Below are positions 10,075 through 20,230 of a stretch of DNA of 64,000 nt, piece by piece. A model generated the notes under the pieces. It saw nothing but the letters and a program-made list of their open reading frames with translations. It was not told the DNA's origin and made no database searches. Both the position numbers and the translations under genes were made by a program. The DNA comes from Candidatus Latescibacterota bacterium (lineage in GTDB: Bacteria; Latescibacterota; UBA2968), in assembly GCA_965207885.1 (NCBI GenBank), contig OZ242311.1, forward strand, positions 2,208,001 through 2,272,000. The letters are read 5' to 3'. Position 1 is the first letter of the stretch; each line of letters opens with the position of its first letter.

Positions 10075-10130
10075 TAGTTGTCCAATGAAATGAACAAGCC
10101 CGCTGTCGAGAGACAGTGGGCTTTTTTTTT
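10053..10130 (+). promoter_or_regulatory. Attenuator antiterminator/terminator
   Basis: Terminator AAGCCCGCTGTC-GAGA-GACAGTGGGCTT plus T-run (10096-10130). Antiterminator CTCGGCGGTGG (10053-10063) pairs with CCGCTGTCGAG (10100-10110). Confidence 0.8.
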
Positions 10131-10142
10131 AGGAGAATGACC

Positions 10143-10865
10143 GTGACACACAATGACGATGCTTATGGACGCATGATGTGGGACTATCATCGCGGCATGC
10201 CCGCAGAGGAAATATCAGAACGAGAAGATGGATATATAACTTCCGGTACTTCCAGTGCTTATTTCAATCCACATAGCGACTGGCCCCTGCATCAACGGGA
10301 ATCGATGAATTATGTTCGTGGACGCGTTCTCGACATTGGTTGCGGTCCCGGGCGTCATGCCATCTACCTTCAGGAAGAAGGTTTTGATGTTTTGGGCATT
10401 GACACTTCTCCTCTTGCGATCAAGGTGGCGAAAGAACGCGGTCTTAAAAAAGCCAGGGTTTTGAGTGTAACACAAATTTCATCGCGGCTCGGTCAGTTTG
10501 ATACCCTGCTCATGATGGGCAATAATTTCGGTCTTTTTGGCAATCTGAAACGCGCCCGATGGCTTTTGCGAAAGATGCGTAATATGACATCTTCCGATGC
10601 GAGGATTATCGCTGAATCCGCAGATCCTTATAGCACGACGAGAAAAGCACATCTGGATTATCACAAATTGAATCGCGAGCGAGGCAAGTTCTCGTGTCAG
10701 CTCAAAATTCGCATTCGATATGAACACTATATCGGCGCTTGGTTTGAATACCTCAAAGTATCTCGAAAAGAGATGGCATTTATTCTCGAAGGCACTGGTT
10801 GGCAAATTTCGCGATTTATTCCGGAAACGGGGAGTGTTTATGTCGCGGTTATTGAGAAAAATTGA
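10143..10865 (+). CDS. Class I SAM-dependent methyltransferase
   Basis: [30 protein letters not shown]; SD AGGAG before GTG 10143 (ATG 10137 alternative). Confidence 0.88.
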   Translation: MTHNDDAYGRMMWDYHRGMPAEEISEREDGYITSGTSSAYFNPHSDWPLHQRESMNYVRGRVLDIGCGPGRHAIYLQEEGFDVLGIDTSPLAIKVAKERGLKKARVLSVTQISSRLGQFDTLLMMGNNFGLFGNLKRARWLLRKMRNMTSSDARIIAESADPYSTTRKAHLDYHKLNRERGKFSCQLKIRIRYEHYIGAWFEYLKVSRKEMAFILEGTGWQISRFIPETGSVYVAVIEKN

Positions 10866-10886
10866 AGGCAAGCGGAGGAAATAGTT

Positions 10887-11315
10887 ATGTCTATTGATTA
10901 TCAACTCGAAGAAGGGACGGATATCCATCTCGATTTTGAAAAGCTTCGAAAGGTTGCACAGGCCGATCATCCCGTCATTCCCGTTGCTGTGCAGGATGTG
11001 GATAGCAAAGCCGTTCTCTTGATCGGCTATGTCAATAAACAGGCGCTTGACTACGCGCTTGAACACCGCGTGGCAACATTCTGGAGTACATCGCGCAATG
11101 AACTCTGGATTAAAGGGGCTACGTCTGGCGATATGCTCGAACTGGTCGATGTGCGCATCAACTGCGAGCAAAATTCACTGCTTTATCTCGTGCGTCTCAA
11201 AGGCGATGGATCGTGTCATACGAAAGAAGATGGACGAGCGCGTTACGGCTGTTATTACCGCAGTATCGACAGTGGGAAATTGGTATTTGTAAACCCCAAA
11301 ACTATACCGGAGTAA
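10887..11315 (+). CDS. hisI: Phosphoribosyl-AMP cyclohydrolase
   Basis: IPVAVQD, FWSTSRNELWIKGATSG, NCEQNSLLY, SCH...CYYR. Confidence 0.92.
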   Translation: MSIDYQLEEGTDIHLDFEKLRKVAQADHPVIPVAVQDVDSKAVLLIGYVNKQALDYALEHRVATFWSTSRNELWIKGATSGDMLELVDVRINCEQNSLLYLVRLKGDGSCHTKEDGRARYGCYYRSIDSGKLVFVNPKTIPE

Positions 11316-11321
11316 TGAGTT

Positions 11322-11822
11322 ATGTCATTACAGGTTGTAAATCGAATCCACGCAGATCAATGGCGAATACTCAGGGATGTGCGTCTTCGCGCACTTGAAG
11401 AAGCGCCTTACGCTTTTAGTACAACCTTGGCAGAAGGCGAAAAAAGAACTAATAGAGACTGGCAGGATATGGCGAGGGACCATGCTACTCTGTCGGATCG
11501 CGCATATTTTATGGCTTATGTTGGGGATAATCCCTGTGGAATGGCGGGGTGTTATCGCAGGGCATCAGACGCAGTAGTGCTCACCGCGATGTGGGTCGCA
11601 CCCGAATTTAGGGGACAAAATATCGGTGAGCAGATTGTGGGCGCTGTCATAGAATGGGCGCGAGAGGGTGGAGCCACCCTGCTCGAAGCCTGGGTCAGTG
11701 AAGATAATCCTGCGCGATTTTTTTATCAAAAAATCGGGTTTGAAGAGACCCGTTTAACCGAACCGCTTCGCTCAGATTCCAAAATTCAGATCATTTTGAT
11801 CAGGCGCAATATTGCACCCTGA
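11322..11822 (+). CDS. GNAT family N-acetyltransferase
   Basis: RLRALEEAPYAF, MWVAPEFRGQNIG, ARFFYQKIGF. Confidence 0.9.
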   Translation: MSLQVVNRIHADQWRILRDVRLRALEEAPYAFSTTLAEGEKRTNRDWQDMARDHATLSDRAYFMAYVGDNPCGMAGCYRRASDAVVLTAMWVAPEFRGQNIGEQIVGAVIEWAREGGATLLEAWVSEDNPARFFYQKIGFEETRLTEPLRSDSKIQIILIRRNIAP

Positions 11823-11830
11823 AATCCGGG

Positions 11831-11859
11831 TTGATTCACAATCTACTCAATACTATATT
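11831..11859 (+). promoter_or_regulatory. Sigma70-type promoter for prs
   Basis: TTGATT-17 nt-TATATT. Confidence 0.55.
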
Positions 11860-11934
11860 GCTCACATGATAAATGGTGTACAAATGCGATTGATTAAGAT
11901 AAATCAGAGCACTCGACGACAGGAGGGAGAAAAC

Positions 11935-12909
11935 GTGGGTTACGATCTCAAAGTTTTTTCGGGTAATACCAATCGACCATTGGCCGAAGATATTTGCAAT
12001 ATTCTCGACACTCGGCTTGCCGAAGCCACTGTGAGCCGTTTTTCCGGCGGCGAAACACATGTGCAAATTGATGAAAACGTGCGCGGTTGCGATGTTTTTA
12101 TTGTTCAACCTATTTGTGAAAATGAAGAAGAAGGCATCTCGCCCAATGACGCCTTGATGGAACTGCTCATTTTGGTCGATGCTGCGCGACGCGCCTCTGC
12201 CCGACGCATCACGGCGGTTGTGCCCTATTATGGCTATGCACGGCAGGATCGCAAAGACCGCCCCCGCGTGCCTATCACAGCCAAACTGGTCGCCAATATG
12301 ATTTATACCGCTGGGGCGCGGCGGGTTTTAACCCTGGACTTGCACGCCAATCAGATCCAGGGGTTTTTTGACATACCCGTTGACCACCTCTATTCCATTA
12401 ACATTTTAGGTGAGTACTTCAGGCTGAAAAATCTCAAAAATCTCGTTGTTATCGCCCCCGATGTCGGCGGCATAAAAATGGCACGCGCGTATGCCGAACT
12501 GCTCGGTGCGTCGTTAGCTATTGTAGATAAACGCCGCTGGAGCGGTCAAAAAACCGAAGTCCTGAACGTTATTGGTGAGGTGAAAGACAAAAATATCGTC
12601 ATTGTTGATGACATTATCTCTACGGGGAGTTCCCTCATCGAAGCTGCCTCTGCACTCAAAGACAAAGGCGCGCGCGATATATGTGCCACCATTGTCCACC
12701 CGGTGCTGGCAGATCCCGCCGTTGAGCGCGTGCAAAATTCTGTGCTTACAGAGCTTGTCGTTTCCAATTCCATTCCCGTGCCCAAACGCGCCCAAAATGG
12801 CAAGATCAAAATTTTATCAGTCGCTCCCATTCTCGCCGAATCCATCCGCCGCATCAACAACGATGAATCCGTCAGCAATCTCTTTGCCAATGCGAGAGTT
12901 GAAGGGTGA
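11935..12909 (+). CDS. prs: Ribose-phosphate pyrophosphokinase
   Basis: ENVRGCDVF, PYYGYARQDRK, DLHANQIQGFFD, PDVGG, VDDIISTG; GTG start after AGGAGG. Confidence 0.96.
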   Translation: MGYDLKVFSGNTNRPLAEDICNILDTRLAEATVSRFSGGETHVQIDENVRGCDVFIVQPICENEEEGISPNDALMELLILVDAARRASARRITAVVPYYGYARQDRKDRPRVPITAKLVANMIYTAGARRVLTLDLHANQIQGFFDIPVDHLYSINILGEYFRLKNLKNLVVIAPDVGGIKMARAYAELLGASLAIVDKRRWSGQKTEVLNVIGEVKDKNIVIVDDIISTGSSLIEAASALKDKGARDICATIVHPVLADPAVERVQNSVLTELVVSNSIPVPKRAQNGKIKILSVAPILAESIRRINNDESVSNLFANARVEG

Positions 12910-12942
12910 AATGTACGCGCTGTAAAGGGGTTTGATTTATAT

Positions 12943-12985
12943 AATAAAAACCGACCTGATGATGAGGCCGGTTTTTATTTTTTTT
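12943..12985. terminator. Bidirectional terminator between prs and the convergent gene
   Basis: AATAAAAACCGACCT...AGGCCGGTTTTTATT with T/A tracts. Confidence 0.7.
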
Positions 12986-13013
12986 ACGTTACAGTTCTGC
13001 ACTGAAAACGGCG

Positions 13014-13550
13014 TCACGGTTTGCCGATGTTAAAGCCAATCCCCACGGCTGTGCGCAGGGCACTTGCGTCTTCTTGCTCGCCAATGACCCAGCGTACCTC
13101 AAACAAAATTTCCATTCTGCGGTTCAACAATTGTTTTTCCATGCCGACCAGAATAAAGTGAAGCGCAGCCTGGTATTCGTTTTGAAATTCGTTGATGATC
13201 AACCGCTCGCGCCGCACCCGGTTCACTCCCAATCCACCGCCCATATACGCATACGCGGTTCCCGATTTATGCGGCCACAAGTACTTTAGAAAAGCCCCAC
13301 CACCTCTTGCTTGAATCTCGGTACCGTCAAGATCAGATCCGCTGCCCGTTTCAGCACCTATCTCGAGGCGGAGATTGGGCGAAAAGACGGTTGCAATATC
13401 TGCTTGAAGCACAAAGAAATGCCGTGTGTCGTTTGCCTGTACAACGTCTAAACCAACCTTGGTTGCCAGATTGTAGAGCTTAAAACCGGCCTGGGCACTC
13501 GTTGTAAAAAAAATTAAGACCAAAAGTCCGACACCAGCAAAGACCCTCAT
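13014..13550 (-). CDS. Outer-membrane beta-barrel protein
   Basis: Signal peptide, AYAYMGGGLG strand, terminal GIGFNI. Confidence 0.6.
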   Translation of the reverse strand: MRVFAGVGLLVLIFFTTSAQAGFKLYNLATKVGLDVVQANDTRHFFVLQADIATVFSPNLRLEIGAETGSGSDLDGTEIQARGGGAFLKYLWPHKSGTAYAYMGGGLGVNRVRRERLIINEFQNEYQAALHFILVGMEKQLLNRRMEILFEVRWVIGEQEDASALRTAVGIGFNIGKP

Positions 13551-13594
13551 AATAAACTCCTGACAGCACTTTTTGACGGTGCCGGATAAATTTT

Positions 13595-13912
13595 CTATCT
13601 ACACGACGCCAGTGCTAATTGTTTGAGATAAGAATAGGTATAAATTCCCGTATCGTGTCCATCTGTCCACCGAATTTGGATGGCATAATTTCCGACTGGA
13701 ATGACATCCGACAGATCTGCCGATGGCGTTTGATCCACGGTAATCATCTGCAATTGCTCGTCTTGCTTTGTCCGTACGTCTTCACACAATGCACACGGGC
13801 AGGCTTTCCGCACGTCGGATAATCTCACGCGCAAAATTCCATCGTCTGCCCAATCCATTTCGAGCCATCCCCCTGCGCGGTCAACGCGAATACGTTTGGG
13901 TTTTTCTGCCAC
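13595..13912 (-). CDS. DUF971 / GBBH-like N-terminal domain protein
   Basis: RKACPCALC, VGNYAIQIRWTDGHDTGIYTYSYL. Confidence 0.9.
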   Translation of the reverse strand: MAEKPKRIRVDRAGGWLEMDWADDGILRVRLSDVRKACPCALCEDVRTKQDEQLQMITVDQTPSADLSDVIPVGNYAIQIRWTDGHDTGIYTYSYLKQLALASCR

Positions 13913-13922
13913 AACCAGCCCC

Positions 13923-14585
13923 CTAACGCTTCAACTGATGCCTTAATCCCAATTCCTGAAGCAAAATACCGTATTGCTCGCGCAGATCGTTTTGCAGAGC
14001 AAAGGCGCGGTTATAGGCGATTGCCGCATCTTCAAAAAAACCCTGGGCTGTCAGGGCACGCCCCATTAAAATATAATTGAGCGCGTAATGGGGCATGCGT
14101 TCTGTGGTCTCACTGGCCATGTCGAGTGCCTGCTCTAATTGTCCCGTTTTTAAGTAAATCCAGCCCAAACCCTGATAGGCTGCGATGACATCGGGATTCA
14201 GGGCAAGCCCCTGCTGATAATATTGCTCTGATAGAATTATATCGCCTATTCGCTGATATAAATATCCAAGCGTGACCAGAGCGCTTGCGTCAGTCGAGTC
14301 CTGGACAGCCAATAGCTGACAGGCGTCAATTGCGCGATCAAAATCTTCCATCCGCAAATAAGCTGATATGAGGAGGCGCAATGCTTGTGTGTGTGCGGAG
14401 TTTTTTTCCAAAATATCGCGCAAGGCGACAGCAGCAGCACCGGTATTGCCAGCTTCCAGCGAATCGACAACACTTTTCAATGCGGGGTCGAGAACCATCG
14501 ATTCACTGCTTTCAAACACCTCTTGAGCACTGGAAATCTCTGCACCCAAAAGCATAACGACGATTATTCCCAGTCGCAATATCAT
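13923..14585 (-). CDS. Secreted tetratricopeptide-repeat protein
   Basis: Signal peptide plus several TPR units (ALVTLGYLY, AYQGLGWIY, NYILMGRAL). Confidence 0.85.
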   Translation of the reverse strand: MILRLGIIVVMLLGAEISSAQEVFESSESMVLDPALKSVVDSLEAGNTGAAAVALRDILEKNSAHTQALRLLISAYLRMEDFDRAIDACQLLAVQDSTDASALVTLGYLYQRIGDIILSEQYYQQGLALNPDVIAAYQGLGWIYLKTGQLEQALDMASETTERMPHYALNYILMGRALTAQGFFEDAAIAYNRAFALQNDLREQYGILLQELGLRHQLKR

Positions 14586-14607
14586 ATATTTTTCCTGACA
14601 ATACCCT

Positions 14608-14901
14608 CTATAAATACAAGGGGCGTCCTGTGTAGGGCCATTGATCGGATGACTTTGGCAAACTCAGTCGAGTCGTCGAAGTTGCATCCCATACAAGGGG
14701 ATCGACTATGGGGTAATCAGTAGAGGCGTGTGGCAAAATTGCACGATGTAATCGCTGGCTTTGGCGTATAGAAAGGCCCGGCTCGTAAATTTCAATGGCC
14801 GGGCGATTGCACCACATCACAAGAACAAGGTCCGGATCAATCTCTATTCGCTGACAAATCAATTTGAGTATCAGATAAGCACCTGCCATAAATTTGGTCA
14901 T
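14608..14901 (-). CDS. Hypothetical protein
   Basis: 97-aa ORF with AAAGGA SD, co-oriented with neighbours; no motif recognised. Confidence 0.35.
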   Translation of the reverse strand: MTKFMAGAYLILKLICQRIEIDPDLVLVMWCNRPAIEIYEPGLSIRQSQRLHRAILPHASTDYPIVDPLVWDATSTTRLSLPKSSDQWPYTGRPLYL

Positions 14902-14931
14902 AGAGTCCTTTTCTATTTTTTGCTTTGATCG

Positions 14932-15819
14932 CTAACCGCTCTTGCTGCCAAACGCGGCGACAAAGAGGAGAAAGTCTGGAAAATCAATTGTCCCGCTGCT
15001 ATCCAGATCCATACTGGCATTAAAACCGTCATCAGATGAAGACTTGCCAAATTGTGCGACAAAGAGGAGAAAGTCTGGAAATTCAACTGTGCCGTTGCCA
15101 TCAAAATCACCAGTTAGCATAGTCGGTGGTGGTGGTGTTGGTGTTGGTGGTGTTGGTGGTGGTGGTGGTGTTGGTGGTGGTGGTGGTGTTGGTGTTGGTG
15201 GTCCCGTATCCTTCATTTTCGCGAAAGTAATTACGATCCTGATTGGATCATCTGGCGGTACGTGCTGAGAAAGTGCGCTCATAGCCAGGGGTCTTACAGC
15301 TTCGGATAATGACTGCAATAATTCATCTAACAGAAGCGGGCGTATAATATGCAGTGAATCCGCCGTAGCCGTGTACGTATAATTGAGCGGGTCTTCATTT
15401 TCGCGGGCTATGGTGAGTGCATGAGTATCGGACGCGACTGTGTAATTTCCTTCATATCGACTCGTATCGTGTACAGCGACCGTAAGCGGAACCAATAATA
15501 CCGCAGAGACATTGGTCAATGTTGTGTAGTCAGATTTGACACTGCCATCTGAACCAAAAGTTATTGTGCCGTTGATCTCACCTTCAACTGTAAGAGGCGA
15601 TACAGCCTGCACGAGCCCGGCTGGAACATAAGCATCCAGCCCGACCTTCTCAGCTACCCAGGAGCCGGCGATCTCGCCACCCTGAGGCTTGGGAGTTTCT
15701 GGTATCAGTCCCGCATCTGCCTGTCCAAATGTTATGAACGCCGTTATAAGTAAAACGCAACTTCTCAATACCTTAAACTGCCATTTTTTGACCGCGACGC
15801 CAAAATTTGATCCGTTCAT
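14932..15819 (-). CDS. Secreted protein with Pro/Thr linker and C-terminal dockerin-like EF-hand pair
   Basis: Signal-like N-terminus, PT-rich linker, GDFDGNGTVEFPDFLLFVAQFG / DLDSSGTIDFPDFLLFVAAFG; SD GGAGG. Confidence 0.8.
   Translation of the reverse strand: MNGSNFGVAVKKWQFKVLRSCVLLITAFITFGQADAGLIPETPKPQGGEIAGSWVAEKVGLDAYVPAGLVQAVSPLTVEGEINGTITFGSDGSVKSDYTTLTNVSAVLLVPLTVAVHDTSRYEGNYTVASDTHALTIARENEDPLNYTYTATADSLHIIRPLLLDELLQSLSEAVRPLAMSALSQHVPPDDPIRIVITFAKMKDTGPPTPTPPPPPTPPPPPTPPTPTPPPPTMLTGDFDGNGTVEFPDFLLFVAQFGKSSSDDGFNASMDLDSSGTIDFPDFLLFVAAFGSKSG
15125..15202. repeat. GGT/TGT-type trinucleotide low-complexity repeat encoding the Pro/Thr linker
   Basis: About 26 near-consecutive CCA/ACA codons on the minus strand. 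Confidence 0.9.
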
Positions 15820-15981
15820 ATCCCTCCTCCAGTGTTTATTCGGTTCTTCCAAAACACACGATCACTTTTCAATTTACGCAATTCGCGTGTCCTCTGCAAT
15901 ACTTAAACGCTTGTTGTCAAATCTTTCATCGCGTGCTATTTTGAAGTATTCTGCAAAATGATACCTGCGAAAGGAGTGTGT

Positions 15982-16926
15982 ATGCAATATCGAGTTCTCG
16001 TCGATGTCGATCTTCCCGATGAAATTCCAGAGATGATAAATAACCGTTGCGAACTCTACATTTTGGCGCACGACAATGTTTCAGATGATAAAGTCGCGTC
16101 TGCACAAGGGCTGCTCACTTACGGACACCCGATTATCGGTGGTGATTTTATGGATCGCATGCCCCATTTGAAGGTTATCAGCAATTTTGGTGTTGGTGTA
16201 GATCACATTGATCTCTCAGCAGCCAAACAGCGCGGGATTCCAGTGGGCAATACGCCCAATATGCTCGATGGCGCGACAGCCGATATGACTTTTGCAATGC
16301 TCATGGCCGCCGCCCGCAATATCGTTATTGGTGACCGCTTTGCTCGCAGTGCGGCGTTTACGCACTACGATCCACGCATTTTGATCGGTCACGAAATTCA
16401 CGGTACAACACTGGGTATTATTGGTATGGGCAATATCGGCAAGCAGGTCGCACGACGGGCAAAGGGATTTGACATGAATGTGCTTTATCACAACCGAAAG
16501 CCCGATCCCAAAGCCGAGGTCGAGTTGGGCGCGACTTATGTATCCCTCAACGATTTGCTCGAACAATCGGATTTTGTCACTTTGAATGTGCCGCTGACTG
16601 AGGAAACGCGAAATATGATTGGTCGAGATCAACTCAGGCGAATGAAAAGAACCGCCATACTGGTCAATCTGGCGCGAGGAGGTGTTATCGATCACGATGC
16701 ACTCGTAGAAGCTCTTGATAATAATTGGATCGCAGTTGCCGCGCTCGATGTGACCGAGCCAGAACCTCTTCCACGCGATCATCCCCTCCTGTCTATGGAC
16801 AATGTAGTTATAGTTCCCCACCTGGGCAGTGCCACACGCCAGACGCGTATAGCAATGGCCCAGCGCACGGTAGATAATCTTATAGCTGGACTCACGGATC
16901 AGCCATTGATTACTTATGTCGTGTAA
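15982..16926 (+). CDS. D-2-hydroxyacid dehydrogenase (glyoxylate/hydroxypyruvate reductase-like)
   Basis: GVGVDHID, GIIGMGNIG, NLARGGVID, LDVTEPEP, PHLGSAT. Confidence 0.93.
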   Translation: MQYRVLVDVDLPDEIPEMINNRCELYILAHDNVSDDKVASAQGLLTYGHPIIGGDFMDRMPHLKVISNFGVGVDHIDLSAAKQRGIPVGNTPNMLDGATADMTFAMLMAAARNIVIGDRFARSAAFTHYDPRILIGHEIHGTTLGIIGMGNIGKQVARRAKGFDMNVLYHNRKPDPKAEVELGATYVSLNDLLEQSDFVTLNVPLTEETRNMIGRDQLRRMKRTAILVNLARGGVIDHDALVEALDNNWIAVAALDVTEPEPLPRDHPLLSMDNVVIVPHLGSATRQTRIAMAQRTVDNLIAGLTDQPLITYVV

Positions 16927-16934
16927 GATAGGTG

Positions 16935-18284
16935 CTAAGCGCATTCAGCGCTCATTTTGTCACATCGTCTTCTCAGTCGTTTGAGTTGATTTGAGAATCT
17001 GTGATCTCCCGCGAGATTGAAGGATTCGTGGGGATCTTTGCAAAGGTCGTAAAGTTCCTCATAGACGGGCTGTTGCTCGTAGTAGCGAATGTATTTCCAG
17101 TGTTTTGTGCGTATGCCTTCGCTCTTGGGGATGTCGGCGCGGTGGAACCGGTGTTCGCAGAAGAACGCTTTTCGCCAGTCAACTTTCTTTTTTTCCAATA
17201 ATGGAACAAGAGATTTGCCCTGCATTTTGTCCGAAACGTTCAGATTCGCCAGTTCGAGGATGGTTGGCGCAATATCGATGTTTAGTGCCAATTCTTCGCG
17301 AATGAGACCTCGATTGTTTTCATCAGCCCGTGGATCGAGGATAATAAGGGGTATGCGGATCGACTGTTCGTTCAACTGCCAGCAGTCGCTGAGTCCGCGA
17401 TCCCCGTAGTACATCCCGTGGTCGGATGCAAAGATCACGACTGTGTTGTCGGATAATGACAGTTGATCCATGGTCCCGAGAATCCTGCCTATGTTCCGAT
17501 CCACACCGCTCACCATTCGGTACAGCCCTCGCATGTTTCTCTGGTAGTCCTCAGATGTCGCATAGCGTTTTTGCCATCGTACGCGACTTTCTGTTTCGCG
17601 CAAAAATTTTGGCAACTGTCGGAAAAAGTCGGGATGGGCGTTGAATGGTTCCGGTATCTGCGTCTCTGTGTAGAGGTGATCTTCAGTAGCGGGCCAGATG
17701 TAGCAGCGCGGATCATTGTCCTGCGCGTGCGGCGCATTGAAACTGATGGAGAGACAAAATGGCTGGCCGGGATGATCTGATTGATGCGTGCGCAAGAAGT
17801 TGATCGTTTTGTCCCCGGTGATGTCGGTCAGGTGGCGCACACTGCCATCGGGCTGTCTGATTTCATACCCTTCTTCGGTCCAGTGTTCGTAGTTGTCAAA
17901 TACGTCAAACATCTTTCCTACTGCATCCTCGTCCTGCAGAGAAGGGACGATTCCGTTGGTGGCTATGCCGAATTTGCCGATTAGCCCCGTGCGATAACCC
18001 GCCATTTTGAGGGCCGATGGGTAGGAAATGTCGGTGTATGCGCTTTGGAGGGGGGGAGTGAGGAAGGTGAATCGGTGGCGTCTTTCATAGGTGCCCGTGA
18101 GATAACTGGCCCGGCTTGCGGCGCAGATTGGACTTGTGCAGAACGCGTTTTCGAACCGCACACCGCTTGCGGCGAGCCGATCGATGTTTGGGGTTTTGAT
18201 GATTGGATTGCCAGCGCAGCCGAGCAGATCATTGCGCTGGTTGTCGGTCAGGAAAAAGAGGATGTTCGGGGGAGGTGCTTTCAC
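16935..18284 (-). CDS. Sulfatase (G6S-like subfamily)
   Basis: PNILFFLTD, CAASRAS (CxAxR), FNAPHAQD, ASDHG. Confidence 0.92.
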   Translation of the reverse strand: MKAPPPNILFFLTDNQRNDLLGCAGNPIIKTPNIDRLAASGVRFENAFCTSPICAASRASYLTGTYERRHRFTFLTPPLQSAYTDISYPSALKMAGYRTGLIGKFGIATNGIVPSLQDEDAVGKMFDVFDNYEHWTEEGYEIRQPDGSVRHLTDITGDKTINFLRTHQSDHPGQPFCLSISFNAPHAQDNDPRCYIWPATEDHLYTETQIPEPFNAHPDFFRQLPKFLRETESRVRWQKRYATSEDYQRNMRGLYRMVSGVDRNIGRILGTMDQLSLSDNTVVIFASDHGMYYGDRGLSDCWQLNEQSIRIPLIILDPRADENNRGLIREELALNIDIAPTILELANLNVSDKMQGKSLVPLLEKKKVDWRKAFFCEHRFHRADIPKSEGIRTKHWKYIRYYEQQPVYEELYDLCKDPHESFNLAGDHRFSNQLKRLRRRCDKMSAECA

Positions 18285-19351
18285 ATCTCATCCAATTCAA
18301 TGCGTTGACCGGTGTCATTTGACCTGTATGCCGCTTCAATGATTCTGGCGACTTTTAAGGCATCTTCTCCAGAGGTTGGGGCCGTACCTTTACCCGCAGT
18401 AGATCGAATAAAGTCATCCAAAAAAGCGATTCCATAAGTACCGCCATAAGCATCGACTTCGGGTAGCGTATAATCAAAGGTTCGCTGAGATGCCGTGTGC
18501 CAGCCTTCTGCAACGCTTTCGAGATACAATTCTGATGGACCGCCCGAAGGCGTCCAGAACACGCGGCCTTCGCTGCCGCGAAATCCCATATACGTGTCGT
18601 AATTCGGTCCCATATAACCCGCGCCACTTATTGATAGTTGATAACCGGCCTGCATGCTGCCCAGCGCGCCATTGGAAAACCGGAAGGATAGAGACGCCAC
18701 GTCTTCAACATCAATGTCTTCGCCGCTGAGCGTATCGACAATTGCAGAAACGGAGATGATGTCTGCGTCCATTACATAGCACAGCAGATCGATATAATGA
18801 CACCCCAACCACGATAAGATACCGCCGCCGGAGATTGACCGATCAAATAGCCAGTGTTTGGGATCGCGAAATTTTACCTGTGATGTGACCATCCGCGACT
18901 CACAAGATGTCACAGGACCTATTGCGCCGCCTTGCACGAGTCTTCGCGCTTCACAAGCGGTGGGGTGATAGCGATTCTGATACATGACGCCCAGTTGGAC
19001 ACCCGCTTTTGCCGCGCCATCCACGACCCGAGAAACAGTGGCAACCGAAGCACCGATGGGTTTTTCGCTGATGACATGGATACCTTGCTCGAATAAGCGC
19101 AGGCAAAGGTCTGGGTTCCGGTCGTTTTGGGCGCAAGCCACACCAAAGACTATATTTTCAGAGCCCAAAAGTACGCTGAGATCGGAATAAGTACCCGCGA
19201 CTTTATCTGTTGAATTAAAGCTGTTCAGCGCCGAGGGATCGGCGTCATACAGAATGATCTCATCTACGAGTGAAGAAGCATGCAGGGTTTTGAAATGGGC
19301 TTCTGAATGGGGGTGTGTCAGGCCAAATAAGCCAGCGCGAACGGGTTGCAT
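18281..19351 (-). CDS. Gfo/Idh/MocA oxidoreductase
   Basis: HVISEKP, GGGILSWLGCHYID. Confidence 0.9.
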   Translation of the reverse strand: MQPVRAGLFGLTHPHSEAHFKTLHASSLVDEIILYDADPSALNSFNSTDKVAGTYSDLSVLLGSENIVFGVACAQNDRNPDLCLRLFEQGIHVISEKPIGASVATVSRVVDGAAKAGVQLGVMYQNRYHPTACEARRLVQGGAIGPVTSCESRMVTSQVKFRDPKHWLFDRSISGGGILSWLGCHYIDLLCYVMDADIISVSAIVDTLSGEDIDVEDVASLSFRFSNGALGSMQAGYQLSISGAGYMGPNYDTYMGFRGSEGRVFWTPSGGPSELYLESVAEGWHTASQRTFDYTLPEVDAYGGTYGIAFLDDFIRSTAGKGTAPTSGEDALKVARIIEAAYRSNDTGQRIELDEM

Positions 19352-19373
19352 TAGATTATCCTCATGGATAGGG

Positions 19374-20183
19374 CTATAAATACGGCAGTACTTCGCGCTT
19401 GAGCGCGTTGAGATATGTCCATTCTTCGCCGGGATCCTGGAAGATCAATGTGTAATATCCCGAGAAATTGGCTTTGCGCGTCAAGTCCAAACAGGTCAGG
19501 AATTGGTCCCGCAACATGATCCCATCTTCGTAATCCGCTTTGGTGTGAATCGTATCTGCAAATGGCAACACCTCTGCGAGGTCGCCCAGCCTGTGTTCCC
19601 CTTTGAAGTTGCCAAAATCAGTACACAATCCAATTTTTCCATCGCATCTGTTCAAAATATCCAGTAGAGGGGCTGCGCGCTGGGTTAGTCGCTTGAAGTT
19701 CTCGGTCATGACACGTACGCCACAATCGCGTGCATAGTCCGACAATTGCAGGAGGTTTTGCGCGCTGAGTGCGATGGATTCCGCGCCTGGCTCTGCTTCG
19801 CCGGCGATTACGCGTACATTCTCCGCGCCACAGGTGGATGCGATGTCGATCCATCTTCGAATTTCCGCGAGGTCCTTTTCTCTTTGTTCGAGATCGGGAT
19901 GCGTAATATCCCAGGCGTCGATTAAAATGCTGTAAAGCGATACGCCGTGTCTGTCCAGTTCTGCGCGCAGGTCTGCGATAAACGCATCATCTGTTGTGGG
20001 GAAATGAAAATGGCAGATTTCCAAATGCCCGATGCCGTGTGATGCTATTTCGCGGGGGACATCGAGCAGTTTTATGCGCCCTCCATCGCCATTTCGGTTC
20101 ACAAATCCATCGGGCGTGCGATCGTACCACGACTTGCCCAAAGCGCGGTGTAAGCTCCAGGTGGAAATAGATAGTTCTGGCAT
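19374..20183 (-). CDS. Sugar phosphate isomerase/epimerase (xylose isomerase-like TIM barrel)
   Basis: MTENF, CTDFGNF, IHTK metal-binding motifs. Confidence 0.85.
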   Translation of the reverse strand: MPELSISTWSLHRALGKSWYDRTPDGFVNRNGDGGRIKLLDVPREIASHGIGHLEICHFHFPTTDDAFIADLRAELDRHGVSLYSILIDAWDITHPDLEQREKDLAEIRRWIDIASTCGAENVRVIAGEAEPGAESIALSAQNLLQLSDYARDCGVRVMTENFKRLTQRAAPLLDILNRCDGKIGLCTDFGNFKGEHRLGDLAEVLPFADTIHTKADYEDGIMLRDQFLTCLDLTRKANFSGYYTLIFQDPGEEWTYLNALKREVLPYL

Positions 20184-20230
20184 ATTACAACCTCCAGTGA
20201 TCGGTCGAAAAGAAGACTATTTCTCACATT

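Noticed and set aside
15125-15202. Repeat tract as CRISPR or frameshifting phase-variation tract
   Set aside because: It has trinucleotide in-frame units with no spacers and encodes a linker.
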